Shown here piece by piece: positions 9,014-18,146 of a stretch of 53,770 nt of DNA; within the stretch, counting starts at the first letter, position 1, and each line of letters starts with the position of its first letter. Where the stretch lies: positions 1-53,770 of IMG/VR virus record IMGVR_UViG_3300031227_000061; one strand, 5' to 3'. Source of the stretch: a virus. Taxonomy: Duplodnaviria > Caudoviricetes. Both the position numbers and the translations under genes were made by a program. Under the pieces are notes generated by a model, which had not been told where the DNA came from, searched no databases, and saw only the letters and a list, made by a program, of their open reading frames with translations.

Positions 9014-9853
9014 TTAGTCCGCAAATCCGGTCCAGTCACCATGAGAAGCCGCTTCTGCGTTGACGACGCCTTCCCCGAATGTCGCTTCGTCGAGGTCACG
9101 AGCGCGGGACGCCCCTACGGCCTGTTGGTGCCACTCAGCTTGAAACAACGGCAGCATCTGGTCGAGCACGTACGGCCAGGGGCCGTGTGCCTGCATCTTC
9201 ACTGTCCCGTGAGCCAGGAACCACGAAATGGGCGCGCCACGGTCGGACTTGCGCTCATTCCAGAAATTGAGTATCAGTCCGTCGGCAGACGGCACCATAT
9301 TCCAGCGCCACGCACGCTCAAAGGCACCACTCTGCGAGTTCACCACGGCGCGGTTCTGCACGAAGCCGCGGGCGCCGACGCGGTGCTTGCCCACGAACCC
9401 CGGCATCTGGCGAGGGTTGCGGAGCGTGGTCCAGGTCGCTTTGACGTGGCCCGTGGACCGGCTGCGCGGGTGTCCGTAGCCGTAAGGGTGGCCCATATCA
9501 CGCAAGTCGCCAGACGAGTACGGCCCGCGCGACAGGCGCTTGTAGGCGTTGAACATCTGCTGGGCGAGCCGCTTCATGCCCGACAGGTCCATATCTTTGA
9601 TGTACTTCGAGCGGAGCCGGATGGTCTGGACGGTGTTCCCCGACGCCGACAGGTGCATATCGACCGACGGGTGTCCGACCACGTCCATCCGGAGGGGCTC
9701 AGAGACTTCAGACGGCATAGGCGTTCCCGGCGGCCTGTGCGGCGTGTACGCGCGCGGCTTCAGGCCCGGCAAGCCAAACGCCCACCGGGTGTCTTTCGGT
9801 GGGCGCTCATACACGGGATGATCTTCGATGAAGGTCCAGTCTTGAATGCGCAT
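9014..9853 (-). CDS. Putative neck/tail-completion protein (HK97 gp10-like position)
   Basis: Basic protein with VNSQSG.F...W and FLAHGTVKMQA.GP motifs typical of this class. Confidence 0.55.
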   Translation of the reverse strand: MRIQDWTFIEDHPVYERPPKDTRWAFGLPGLKPRAYTPHRPPGTPMPSEVSEPLRMDVVGHPSVDMHLSASGNTVQTIRLRSKYIKDMDLSGMKRLAQQMFNAYKRLSRGPYSSGDLRDMGHPYGYGHPRSRSTGHVKATWTTLRNPRQMPGFVGKHRVGARGFVQNRAVVNSQSGAFERAWRWNMVPSADGLILNFWNERKSDRGAPISWFLAHGTVKMQAHGPWPYVLDQMLPLFQAEWHQQAVGASRARDLDEATFGEGVVNAEAASHGDWTGFAD

Positions 9854-10732
9854 TTAGGGTGCCGGTTCGGCCTTTCGGGCACCGATAACCAACGGCTCGC
9901 CGTCTGTGCCTCGCCTCGGGATAAGCCATCCGTCAGCCCACACTACATCTTCTCCAGATGCCGCTATGAACATCTGCGATACCTCATCGGTTGGCCCCCG
10001 CGGAATCTCGCCACCATCAGCCCGTTCCGTCACCGCCATCAGACTCAGGCCAGCCTCTGGGTAGTCGTCTCGGTAGTTGTGAGAATATCCCCTATTGGAG
10101 ATTTCGCCATAGCGCCACCCTCGCACATACAGGAGTTTCTCAATGCCGCGGAACGCCGCCCAGAACGACTGCTCAAACTCATTAGAATTCCAGGGGCGCT
10201 CCCCGAACTCACCGATGGCTTCATGGATTTCCGCGTAGACTTTGTCACCGGCGACCTCGTTCTGCCAGTGTCCATACTTCTGGTGCTGCGGATGCACCTG
10301 CAGTGTCCAAAGGGCCAGAAACTCGTCCCGGTCCATGAAGTACTTCTCGGCAATCTCGTGGGCCTTCGCGCCCAGACGCATCCCATAATCTATGAGCTTG
10401 CGAGGGGGATGCTGCTCGACGGTGGGCTCTGCCAGCGGTGTGAATTGGGGCTCTTTTGCGTTGCCCTTATCACGTGCCCCGTCGCCGCCCTTCCGGTTAT
10501 GCTGTCTCACATTGATCACCTTGCCGCTCTTCAGCCTGCGCGGATGGGACTTCACGCTGCCCTTCGCCAACGCGGATGGGAACACGACAAGTGTTTTCGA
10601 CAGGCGTCGGCGCGAACCTGTGCTCTTCGCCATCGGCGTACCGCCGTCGCCGTCCAACTGCGCCAGAAACGCCATAAACTCGCGTTCGTCGTCGGATATG
10701 CTCAGTGCGCCACGTCTCATGATGCACCCCAC
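9854..10732 (-). CDS. Hypothetical protein with N-terminal cargo-like tag
   Basis: LVVFPSALAKGSVKSHPRRLKSGKVINVRQHNRK resembles the tag on neighbouring Topo IB; start uncertain. Confidence 0.65.
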   Translation of the reverse strand: MGCIMRRGALSISDDEREFMAFLAQLDGDGGTPMAKSTGSRRRLSKTLVVFPSALAKGSVKSHPRRLKSGKVINVRQHNRKGGDGARDKGNAKEPQFTPLAEPTVEQHPPRKLIDYGMRLGAKAHEIAEKYFMDRDEFLALWTLQVHPQHQKYGHWQNEVAGDKVYAEIHEAIGEFGERPWNSNEFEQSFWAAFRGIEKLLYVRGWRYGEISNRGYSHNYRDDYPEAGLSLMAVTERADGGEIPRGPTDEVSQMFIAASGEDVVWADGWLIPRRGTDGEPLVIGARKAEPAP

Positions 10733-11673
10733 GGTACGGCGCCGATCAGTCCGCCGTGCTCGGTGTAATGCTCGAGCACCTGCGGCAGGATGTAGCTCTT
10801 CTTACAGACGCCCACCGTGTGCCCCAACTGTTCCGCCACCGACGCCACGGCCTCTTTGATCCGCGCTTTGATTTCCTTCTTCGTCAATGGTTCGTCAGAC
10901 GTTTTCCGGCTTACCCGCTTCAATGCCTCGTGGGCGAGCCGCGTTGCGTGATACGTGCGAAAGTCCTTGGCGGTGATGCCGTGCGGCTTCAGGTACGCAT
11001 TCACGTCGTCGGCTTTGACCGGCTTCTGTGTTCCGTCCGTGTCGTGATACCAGAAGAGCTTATCTCCCGGCGCATTCGCTTTCAGGTCGCTCACGAACGC
11101 CGCCAGACGCGGGTCGGTGGTGGCCTTGTCCCACTCAACCTGTTTCTTCCCGGCGAACTTGAACTGAATCTCGTTGCCGTGGACATCCACGTGCTCGGGC
11201 CGCAGCGTGGAGACGCCATAGGTAGGTGCGTGCGCCTCGGCATACCTGTCGCTGCCGATACGGAAATAGCAACGGTCGATAAGTGCGACGATGGCCGCGA
11301 GCACCTTGTCTTTGGGCGTGTCCGCCTTCGCGAGCGCCGTACCGTACCCGTTCACGATCTTCGGCAACGCCGCAGCCAGCGTCTTCACACGGGCGACTTT
11401 CTGTCGGGCGGCCTCCACATAGTGCTCGTCGGGATAGAGGTACTGCTTATTGCCTTTCGGCGTTGTGCGTATCTCTGTGGCCGCACTGCCACGGGATGTG
11501 GTCGGCTGTGCTTGCGGCGGGACGTCAACCAGCGTCGGCTGCTCCGCCTTCTTCGTGCGCTTGTCGGTATGAGCCGGGATCCAAGTGCGCTTACCATGAA
11601 CTTTCCGGTAGTGCCCTTTGACCGGGCCTTTCCGCAGCCGGGACAGCCCAAACACCACGGCGAACTTGCCCAT
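10717..11673 (-). CDS. DNA topoisomerase IB (bacterial/poxvirus-like) with N-terminal tag
   Basis: QYLYP, FRIG...Y, YGVSTL...H, F.GKK, KDFRTY.A, LGHT..VCKKSYI give the R-K-R-H-Y catalytic set. Confidence 0.92.
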   Translation of the reverse strand: MGKFAVVFGLSRLRKGPVKGHYRKVHGKRTWIPAHTDKRTKKAEQPTLVDVPPQAQPTTSRGSAATEIRTTPKGNKQYLYPDEHYVEAARQKVARVKTLAAALPKIVNGYGTALAKADTPKDKVLAAIVALIDRCYFRIGSDRYAEAHAPTYGVSTLRPEHVDVHGNEIQFKFAGKKQVEWDKATTDPRLAAFVSDLKANAPGDKLFWYHDTDGTQKPVKADDVNAYLKPHGITAKDFRTYHATRLAHEALKRVSRKTSDEPLTKKEIKARIKEAVASVAEQLGHTVGVCKKSYILPQVLEHYTEHGGLIGAVPWGAS

Positions 11674-11675
11674 CT

Positions 11676-12311
11676 TTACCCGCCCCCCGGATGCTTCTCG
11701 ACCAAGTAGCCCTGCTGCGGCGTCTGCTCCGCCCCGTACCCCGGGATCGGCCGCGTCGGCGTTTCGTCACCGAAGACGAACCAGTAGATCGGGAAATACT
11801 TGTAGGTCACGGTGTACGTGTCGCCGTCGTCTGGCCCCGCACCATCCGTCCAGGTGATGACGCGCGTCGTGGTGTCAAGTGTGCAGTCCGTCCCGATGGT
11901 GTACTCTGTCCCGCTGTCGCGCACGTCCACCAACGCCGAGGGATACGGCCTGCTCAGTGTGTCTTCGCCACGCGCGACACGCTCCGAGTGCGGCTTCGGG
12001 CGCTGCAGCAGCACGACCTTGTCCATCGGCGTCAGGAGTATCTCCGCCGGCCACACCTGTATGTTCAGGTCGCCGGCCTTGATGAGCCCCTCTTCCGTGT
12101 GCGGGTACTTCCGCTTCTCCCGCGACACCAGAGCCCGCACGTCCGCCGCAAGCGTCTGCTCCGTGTAGATGTGCCCGAACTCGCACTTCGTGCAGGACCT
12201 GTCGAATTTGTTGTACTCCGGGTTGTAGCACGAGCACGGAACCGCGCGCCACCAGCGGATGGTTTCACCGCCCGCCCTGATTGCCTGCCTGAAGACCTCG
12301 GGGTTGAGCAT
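11676..12311 (-). CDS. Head-closure/neck protein
   Basis: WWRAVPCSC...CTKC..G.IY N-terminus as in SPO1/K-like neck proteins; synteny. Confidence 0.65.
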   Translation of the reverse strand: MLNPEVFRQAIRAGGETIRWWRAVPCSCYNPEYNKFDRSCTKCEFGHIYTEQTLAADVRALVSREKRKYPHTEEGLIKAGDLNIQVWPAEILLTPMDKVVLLQRPKPHSERVARGEDTLSRPYPSALVDVRDSGTEYTIGTDCTLDTTTRVITWTDGAGPDDGDTYTVTYKYFPIYWFVFGDETPTRPIPGYGAEQTPQQGYLVEKHPGGG

Positions 12312-12314
12312 TGA

Positions 12315-13076
12315 CTACAGGACTCCCAGCACGAACGGCCGCTCGCGGTGCTTGTATTTCTTCAGGAACGCCAATTTTTGCTTCTCCAGGTCTTCCAGTC
12401 GCCGCTCCACGGTGTCGAAGTTCTGAGTGAAGCCGTCGAGGGTCACGCTGTTCGGGAGCAGCCCACGCGCCCGGCGCAGGACACGTTCCGCCGCCATCGC
12501 CGCGAGCCCCATGCACAGGTCGGCGTATTCGTCATCATCTTCCGGGTTCTCGTACCCCGCCCGGTAGTCAATGGCGACGAACCTCGGGATCACGCCGCCC
12601 GGATACGCCCAGTAGCCTAGGTGCGGCATGAACATCAGCCCGCCGGCCGACGCCGCCGCGATGCCCGCCGTCCCATACGGAACGATGCTGACGACGCCCA
12701 GCCGCTTCTTCAGTCGCAGCCACGTAGACGGGAAGTCCAGCACGCTGAATTCGTCATTGAACTCATAGCGCATGGACAGTATCTCGATCACAGGCCGGCG
12801 GCGCAGGTGGAACCGGATCGACCGCCGCGAGAATGCCCGGTGCAGGTCCAGCGGCTCTTCCTCGATGTCGTATGAGCTCTCGCCGTCCGGGTTCATGCGG
12901 ATGGTCTTCGGCGTCAGGAGGATCCTCGTGTCGCGCTCAAACTCCGCCTCTGCAGCGACGACATTCTCCGCGTAGAAGTCGGCCTCGATGAAGCCCTCCG
13001 TGGATGCTGCCGCCGCGATGTACGGCGCGATGCCGAGAAGATGCGTTTTGACCTGTGACGTCGTGACAACAGCCAT
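12315..13076 (-). CDS. Head-tail adaptor protein
   Basis: LRRRPVIEI, IDYRAGY and SVTLDGFTQ patterns; position after capsid genes. Confidence 0.7.
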   Translation of the reverse strand: MAVVTTSQVKTHLLGIAPYIAAAASTEGFIEADFYAENVVAAEAEFERDTRILLTPKTIRMNPDGESSYDIEEEPLDLHRAFSRRSIRFHLRRRPVIEILSMRYEFNDEFSVLDFPSTWLRLKKRLGVVSIVPYGTAGIAAASAGGLMFMPHLGYWAYPGGVIPRFVAIDYRAGYENPEDDDEYADLCMGLAAMAAERVLRRARGLLPNSVTLDGFTQNFDTVERRLEDLEKQKLAFLKKYKHRERPFVLGVL

Positions 13077-13450
13077 TACTCAGCCTCCAGGGCCGCTTTC
13101 AGGGCCGCCTCAACAGCATCGCGCTTCATCCCGACCTGCCGCACTCCGTGTTGCTTCGCGAGTGCCCTCAGGTCTTTGGACGACAGGCCACCGAGGTCGC
13201 CGGGATCGTCATCGGCGACGACCGCCATTTCCGCGACCGGGGCCGGATCCGCGCATTCCTCGATGACCTGCACGTACTCAAAGTTCGCGAGGTAGTCAAC
13301 CTCGCGGTCGGGCAACGGCTCCAGCGCCATCTTCCCGAAGTCGTCGGTCGTCACGACGCCCAAGCAGATGCCATCGGCGTCGAATGCAACGCTGTGCTCA
13401 TGGACACTGATGGTCTCTCCGGCGTAGTGCTTGCAGACAACCGTTCTCAT
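13076..13450 (-). CDS. Small protein with C-terminal Rho_N/HeH-like domain
   Basis: DLGGLSSKDLRALAKQHGV...MKRDAV; start chosen at ATG 13450 after GGAG. Confidence 0.65.
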   Translation of the reverse strand: MRTVVCKHYAGETISVHEHSVAFDADGICLGVVTTDDFGKMALEPLPDREVDYLANFEYVQVIEECADPAPVAEMAVVADDDPGDLGGLSSKDLRALAKQHGVRQVGMKRDAVEAALKAALEAE

Positions 13451-13554
13451 AGCGAGCCTGCTTTCTCTCCGGTGGTTTGATACGGTCAGAAAATGTGTCG
13501 GCGGGGATCTCAATGCCAGACAGCGGACCCCCGCCGGGGTGCGGTGCGATGCGT

Positions 13555-14004
13555 CTATCCGGTTGAACCAGGCAGCGCGAAGCCGGTCCTGGTCCACGTC
13601 AGTGTCTCAGCGGCGTCGCCGGCCTCGGATGCCCCGCCCGTATCAACGGCGTACACGTACTCCGCCGATTCACGCAATACCTCGACGCGGAAGCCGGTGC
13701 CGGTCAGGTTCTCCAAACACAGGAGAACGCGGTATCCCTCTGCGGCAGAGAATGCCGGAATAGGCAGGCTGCCGATGAACGTCGCGGTGGCCGTGCAAGC
13801 GCCGTCTGTTGCACTATATAGAGTGTCGTGCGGCACTTCGTAGACCTTGCGCGAGCCGTCCGTAATGCCGCTCAGGATGATCGTCCCCACTGCGGTGGTG
13901 CCACATAGGGCATTGCCGAGCGTGACCGCTCCGTCACGACGGGGGTGCAGGCGCGTGGTCCACTTATTGAGTTGCGCACGCACCGTAGCAAGCGTCCAAG
14001 CCAT
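13555..14004 (-). CDS. Hypothetical virion protein (possible head decoration)
   Basis: SD GGAGG; directly downstream of the major capsid gene. Confidence 0.5.
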   Translation of the reverse strand: MAWTLATVRAQLNKWTTRLHPRRDGAVTLGNALCGTTAVGTIILSGITDGSRKVYEVPHDTLYSATDGACTATATFIGSLPIPAFSAAEGYRVLLCLENLTGTGFRVEVLRESAEYVYAVDTGGASEAGDAAETLTWTRTGFALPGSTG

Positions 14005-14021
14005 GATGTCCCTCCAAACGC

Positions 14022-14050
14022 AAAGGGGGCGCCCCGAAGGACGCCCCTCT
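14022..14050 (-). terminator. Terminator-like hairpin after major capsid gene
   Basis: AGAGGGGCGTCC-TTCG-GGGCGCCCCCTTT with UUCG tetraloop. Confidence 0.75.
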
Positions 14051-14094
14051 GCAGTGATTGGTTACTGGTTTGCGTCAGGTACAGCCGGTGCCCG

Positions 14095-15540
14095 CTACAG
14101 CGGGTCCCAGGTCTCCAGGACACGGCTGGACAGGATGTTCTTGATGAGCACCATGCGGTGCGGCACGGACGGCTGGACGCCGCCGTAGATCATTTGCAGC
14201 CAGCGGTAGGCCGGCGCCAGGATGGCGAGCGGGAGCTTGCTCATGCCCATGAGTTCGATCCACTCGCAGCACGGCATCTCCGTGGACAGGTCAAGTCCGA
14301 AGCCGTGCGTCGCGCCGGGAATCCAATCGCCATCGTCCTCGAAGGTCGTGCTGCCGCCCACGTCGGCCGCACAGTTATAGAGATAGCGGCACTCGGTGCC
14401 TTCCGCGGTCGCGTCTCTGACGCCCCGGTAGATGCGGAAGCCGGTGACGGCGGAGTCTGTGTGGGTGATGGTCAGGGTGACGACTTCGCCCACGGTGACG
14501 GCGACGGCAGAGGCGACGGTGGACGCCGACTCGCCGTTGGCGTTGATCGACGTGACGCGGTAGCGGTAAGAACCGGTCGCCACGGTGCCGCCGGTTCCTG
14601 CAGACGCACCCGAGACGACGGTCGGCGCAGCGGGTGCCGCGTTGGTCGCGTCACCGCCACGGCTTGCGCTCGGCGCCGTGTGCAACGGCGTGGACTCGGT
14701 GAACCAGCCCTGATGATCCGCGAGGAAGAGGTCGTTGACGAGCGCGACCGGCCCCCACGCGGTGTCCACGGTGCCGATGTCGATGCCGACACGGGCGTTG
14801 CCGTGCGACGTCTGATCGGTCACGGTGAATCGCTCGGCGGAGGTCATGTTCTTGTTCAGGTCTGACTTGCTGCCGGGGTCGAGGAAGATATGCGTCGGCG
14901 TGCCACCGTGGTTGCCGATGACGTCGGCGATGTTGTGCAAGTAGGTCTCGGCGTCGAGGGAACCGCCGGCCAGGTCGATGGTGCATTCGGAGTACCCATT
15001 GCCGACGATGGTCGGCAGGAGACCGTCGATGTTGTCGGGGACGACGTCCGTGTCGCCGAAGAACAGGGCGCGCTCAATCTGCCCCATCAAGAACTTGGTG
15101 CCACGCGCCTCTTCGCCGGCTTCGGCGGACTCGATGTTGTCGGTCAGCGTCAGGACGTGGGTCACAGAACGCAAGGTACGGAAGAACTTCACGTACGCCA
15201 GCTTCCGCTCGAGATCGGAGTCGGTGGCAGGCGGGTTATCGCCCTCTGCCGAGACGGCGCCCCAGGGAGCACCGTAGTCATTGGCAACAGTGAACTGGTT
15301 CACCGTGGAACCGACCTGATGCCGCTTCAGGATGTTGAACAGCTTGACGTGCTTCTCCGCGAACAGCATGTCGCGGAGCATGTTGTCGAGCGACTCAGTA
15401 CGTAGAGCCGCACCACCGGTCATGGATGAGGGGTCAACGCCGGCGCCCGCCGAGAGTGCCTTGGCAATCTCGCTGAAATTCGGATCAAACGGGCCGAAGT
15501 TCCCGGCGAAAGCCTGTTGGTACGGACCATTCTGGTACAT
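14095..15540 (-). CDS. Major capsid protein, SPO1/phage K-like, with Ig/FN3-like insertion
   Basis: IAKALSAG...GGAALRTESLD N-terminus, IERALFFGD, DGL, and APAAPT...YRYRVTSIN..GES insertion. Confidence 0.92.
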   Translation of the reverse strand: MYQNGPYQQAFAGNFGPFDPNFSEIAKALSAGAGVDPSSMTGGAALRTESLDNMLRDMLFAEKHVKLFNILKRHQVGSTVNQFTVANDYGAPWGAVSAEGDNPPATDSDLERKLAYVKFFRTLRSVTHVLTLTDNIESAEAGEEARGTKFLMGQIERALFFGDTDVVPDNIDGLLPTIVGNGYSECTIDLAGGSLDAETYLHNIADVIGNHGGTPTHIFLDPGSKSDLNKNMTSAERFTVTDQTSHGNARVGIDIGTVDTAWGPVALVNDLFLADHQGWFTESTPLHTAPSASRGGDATNAAPAAPTVVSGASAGTGGTVATGSYRYRVTSINANGESASTVASAVAVTVGEVVTLTITHTDSAVTGFRIYRGVRDATAEGTECRYLYNCAADVGGSTTFEDDGDWIPGATHGFGLDLSTEMPCCEWIELMGMSKLPLAILAPAYRWLQMIYGGVQPSVPHRMVLIKNILSSRVLETWDPL

Positions 15541-15566
15541 TACAAGCCTCCTCGTATTCGGTCACG

Positions 15567-15595
15567 AAAAAGCCCCCGCCGGGTGGCGAGGGCTC
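15567..15595 (-). terminator. Terminator-like hairpin just upstream of capsid gene SD
   Basis: GAGCCCTCGCC-ACCC-GGCGGGGGCT followed by TTTT. Confidence 0.7.
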
Positions 15596-15632
15596 TTGTG
15601 GTTTGCGACAGGTTGTGTACGTCAGGCGGGTG

Positions 15633-16562
15633 CTACTCGCTGTCCTCCGGAATGCGCGAGAGGACCTGAGCGATGGGAACGGGGTTGCCGCTCTCGTAGC
15701 CCAACTCGACAGTGCGGACGTCAGCAGCAGTGATATCGCCTTCGCCGTTCTTCAGCGCCTTGCGAACGCGCGAGATGGCCTTCTCGGGGTCTGTCGGCAC
15801 ATCAACGCCGCCGATGTCGCGTGAGTCAGCACCGCCCGCGGACTTCTCCACGGTGGTGTACGGCGCTTTCTGCTGCGCGCCGGCGGGGATCATGCCCATG
15901 CGCTGCAACCCGCCTTCGAGCACCTGCATCCGCTCATCCATCTGCTCGAATGCGCCGCCGATGCTCTTCGTCATGGCCGTGATCGACTTGACGAGCTTGC
16001 CCGTCCGGCCGGCATCGCGCTCGTCATAGGAGCGCATAATGGCGTTCATGAGTTCATTGCCATCAAGCACGCCGTCGAACCCCTGTTCCTTGAGTGACTT
16101 CTCCAGGCCGGTCAGTGAGCGTCTCAACAGATCCTCATCCTCCTCGCCGGGTACGCCGGCGGCGTCAAGGGCTGCGTCGATGTCGGCTTCAGCGTCGTCC
16201 TCGACACCGTCCGCGTCCTCGTCGTCATAGTCCAGGTCCAGGTCTTCGTCGCCCTCGGCATCGGGCGGCACTTCGTCTTCCAGATCGGACTCGTCAACGG
16301 CCTTGCCGATGCCCACGAGGGCCTTCAAGCCACTTGTGGCGTGGGCAAGCGACTTCAGGACGCGGCCCATGCTGCCCTCGTCCTCGGCGTCGGCGCCATC
16401 AACGTCGTCGATGGCCTTGTTGATGGCCGTGTCCTCGTCTACGTCCTGTCCGTCGCCCTCCGCAGGTTCAGAGAGAGCCTTGCAGATAGCGACGGCATCG
16501 TCCGCTTCGAGTGTGGCGGGGTCGAGCCCGTGCTGCTCGCAGAACTGCGCGAATGCGCTCAT
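15633..16562 (-). CDS. Capsid scaffolding protein
   Basis: Very acidic, coiled-coil, many K-S/K-A sites, between protease and capsid; ATG 16562 after AGGAG. Confidence 0.8.
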   Translation of the reverse strand: MSAFAQFCEQHGLDPATLEADDAVAICKALSEPAEGDGQDVDEDTAINKAIDDVDGADAEDEGSMGRVLKSLAHATSGLKALVGIGKAVDESDLEDEVPPDAEGDEDLDLDYDDEDADGVEDDAEADIDAALDAAGVPGEEDEDLLRRSLTGLEKSLKEQGFDGVLDGNELMNAIMRSYDERDAGRTGKLVKSITAMTKSIGGAFEQMDERMQVLEGGLQRMGMIPAGAQQKAPYTTVEKSAGGADSRDIGGVDVPTDPEKAISRVRKALKNGEGDITAADVRTVELGYESGNPVPIAQVLSRIPEDSE

Positions 16563-16587
16563 TATCGCTCTCCTTTGCTTGTACATG

Positions 16588-16613
16588 AAAAGCCCCCGCA
16601 ACGTACGGGGGCC
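16588..16613 (-). terminator. Hairpin plus T tract upstream of scaffold gene
   Basis: GCCCCCG-TACGTTG-CGGGGGC-TTTT. Confidence 0.6.
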
Positions 16614-16663
16614 ATAAAGCACAGTGCATCTATCATGTCGCCGTCAGGCGGGGGTCGTTACGG

Positions 16664-17671
16664 TCACCTCACCCCCCTGCGGCCTTTGAGCGATGCCAAT
16701 GCCTTGCGCACGTTGCGCGCGAGGCGTTCGATATTGGGCCGGCTTCGTCGCCGCCGCTTCCGCCTGTTGGTTGTTGTCAGAGATTTCTCCGTTTTGCGGG
16801 CCATGGCGGCGCCGCATTCGGTGCAGGCGAGGTCGTCGCAGGGTTCGCCAACGTCGTGCTCCTCTTCGTGCCCACACGACGGGCACACACAGAGCCCGCC
16901 CGGGCCTGCTGCTTCCGGGCCACCGTTGCGCCCCAGATAGTTGTCGCGGGCGCCGCCTTCGAGGCTTTCGCGCTTGATCGCCTGCCCACCGGTCATCGTG
17001 GACGGATTGACGCCGCTGCCGGCCGCCAGGGCTTTCGCCAGGGCAAAGACCGTGGGGTTCGGACGTACGCGCTTGATCTGTTCCAACTCTGGCTGCACGA
17101 CAATGACGTCAGGTCCGTCGCCGTCAGTGGTCTGGGCGTCGTCAGACAGCGCCGCGGAGAGGCTCTTCACCACCCGAGCAACCGAAGAGGGGTTCACGGG
17201 TTGCGCACATAAGGCGGCGCCCTTCGAGATCATCTTCTCAAAGCCGCCTCCAGGCTTGCGGATGGCGACACCGTCAGCAGAGAACCCCAGCTTCGCGCCC
17301 GCGTCGGCGAGGTAGTGCGCACGCTTCAACGCCGGCGGTGCCAGGGCAACGTCATTGATGGGATAGATGCGCGTCTCGATCCGGGTGCCTTTGCCGTTGA
17401 GGCGCACGTCAAACTCGCGTGCGGCATCGGCGGCCGTAATCGACCGCACGTCGGTGATTTCACCAATGGTCTCGTCGCCGTGGTCCCAGTTGACCTTGCC
17501 CCACTCGCGCATGTAGTCGTAACTCTTCTGCATCATGTCAAAGGGGATGCTCTCGCCTTCGAGATCGACAGTCTCGTCCGACAGGATGCCGACGACGCGG
17601 AGGGAGCCGTCCGCCTGCTTGACGGACTTGAAGAGCGGGATATATGTGGCGATCCTGAGTTGGTCAGGCAT
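16664..17671 (-). CDS. Prohead maturation protease with C-terminal extension
   Basis: [23 protein letters not shown] (His), LGFSADG (Ser), ALCAQPVNP; start 17671. Confidence 0.88.
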   Translation of the reverse strand: MPDQLRIATYIPLFKSVKQADGSLRVVGILSDETVDLEGESIPFDMMQKSYDYMREWGKVNWDHGDETIGEITDVRSITAADAAREFDVRLNGKGTRIETRIYPINDVALAPPALKRAHYLADAGAKLGFSADGVAIRKPGGGFEKMISKGAALCAQPVNPSSVARVVKSLSAALSDDAQTTDGDGPDVIVVQPELEQIKRVRPNPTVFALAKALAAGSGVNPSTMTGGQAIKRESLEGGARDNYLGRNGGPEAAGPGGLCVCPSCGHEEEHDVGEPCDDLACTECGAAMARKTEKSLTTTNRRKRRRRSRPNIERLARNVRKALASLKGRRGVR

Positions 17672-17690
17672 TGGTCGGTCCCCCGAATCA

Positions 17691-17719
17691 GAAGAGCCCC
17701 GCCGTGGAGGCGAGGCTCG
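17691..17719 (-). terminator. Hairpin upstream of protease gene
   Basis: GAGCCTCGCC-TCCAC-GGCGGGGCTC-TTC; stem nearly identical to the one at 7381. Confidence 0.55.
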
Positions 17720-17774
17720 GGTTGAACAATAATGTCGATAGTTATGCGTAAGTGTCGGCGTTTTTGTGCACACT

Positions 17775-18146
17775 TTATGAGCGAGACTCGGCTACCAGTC
17801 GTCGCAACAGCGCGCACGTCTCCAGCATGTACTCGGGCGGGTCCGCAACAAGCTCGGGACACGGGAACCTTCGGCACATATCGGGCCGGGTCTCATAGAT
17901 GCCGCAGCGCCCGTCCGGCAGAATGTGCTTGCACTCACAGTCGATGCGAATTTGGTCGCCGTCGTAGTACGGCTCGCCTAACTGTTCGACATTCGACAGC
18001 GTCTCCGCAACGTCGTCTTTGAGCCGCTTCCGCTGCCATGGCCTGCCTGTGAGGGCTCCGTAGACGTAGAAGCCCCTGCAGCAGTTACCGTCGCACTCCG
18101 CGCACTCCGGTGCGTTCTCCCGCTTCGCGAGTTCTGCGTCAGTCAT
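17775..18146 (-). CDS. YkgJ-family cysteine-cluster (CxxCxxxCC) protein
   Basis: CAECDGNCC...[25 protein letters not shown]. Confidence 0.88.
   Translation of the reverse strand: MTDAELAKRENAPECAECDGNCCRGFYVYGALTGRPWQRKRLKDDVAETLSNVEQLGEPYYDGDQIRIDCECKHILPDGRCGIYETRPDMCRRFPCPELVADPPEYMLETCALLRRLVAESRS

Noticed and set aside
10717-11673. Tyrosine integrase interpretation of this gene
   Set aside because: Motifs (QYLY, FRIG, KDFRT, VCKKSYI) fit Topo IB rather than the integrase HxLRH pattern; no att site seen
14380-14650. Ig/FN3-like insertion in the major capsid protein as a novelty
   Set aside because: A comparable insertion is a normal part of SPO1/K-like capsid proteins
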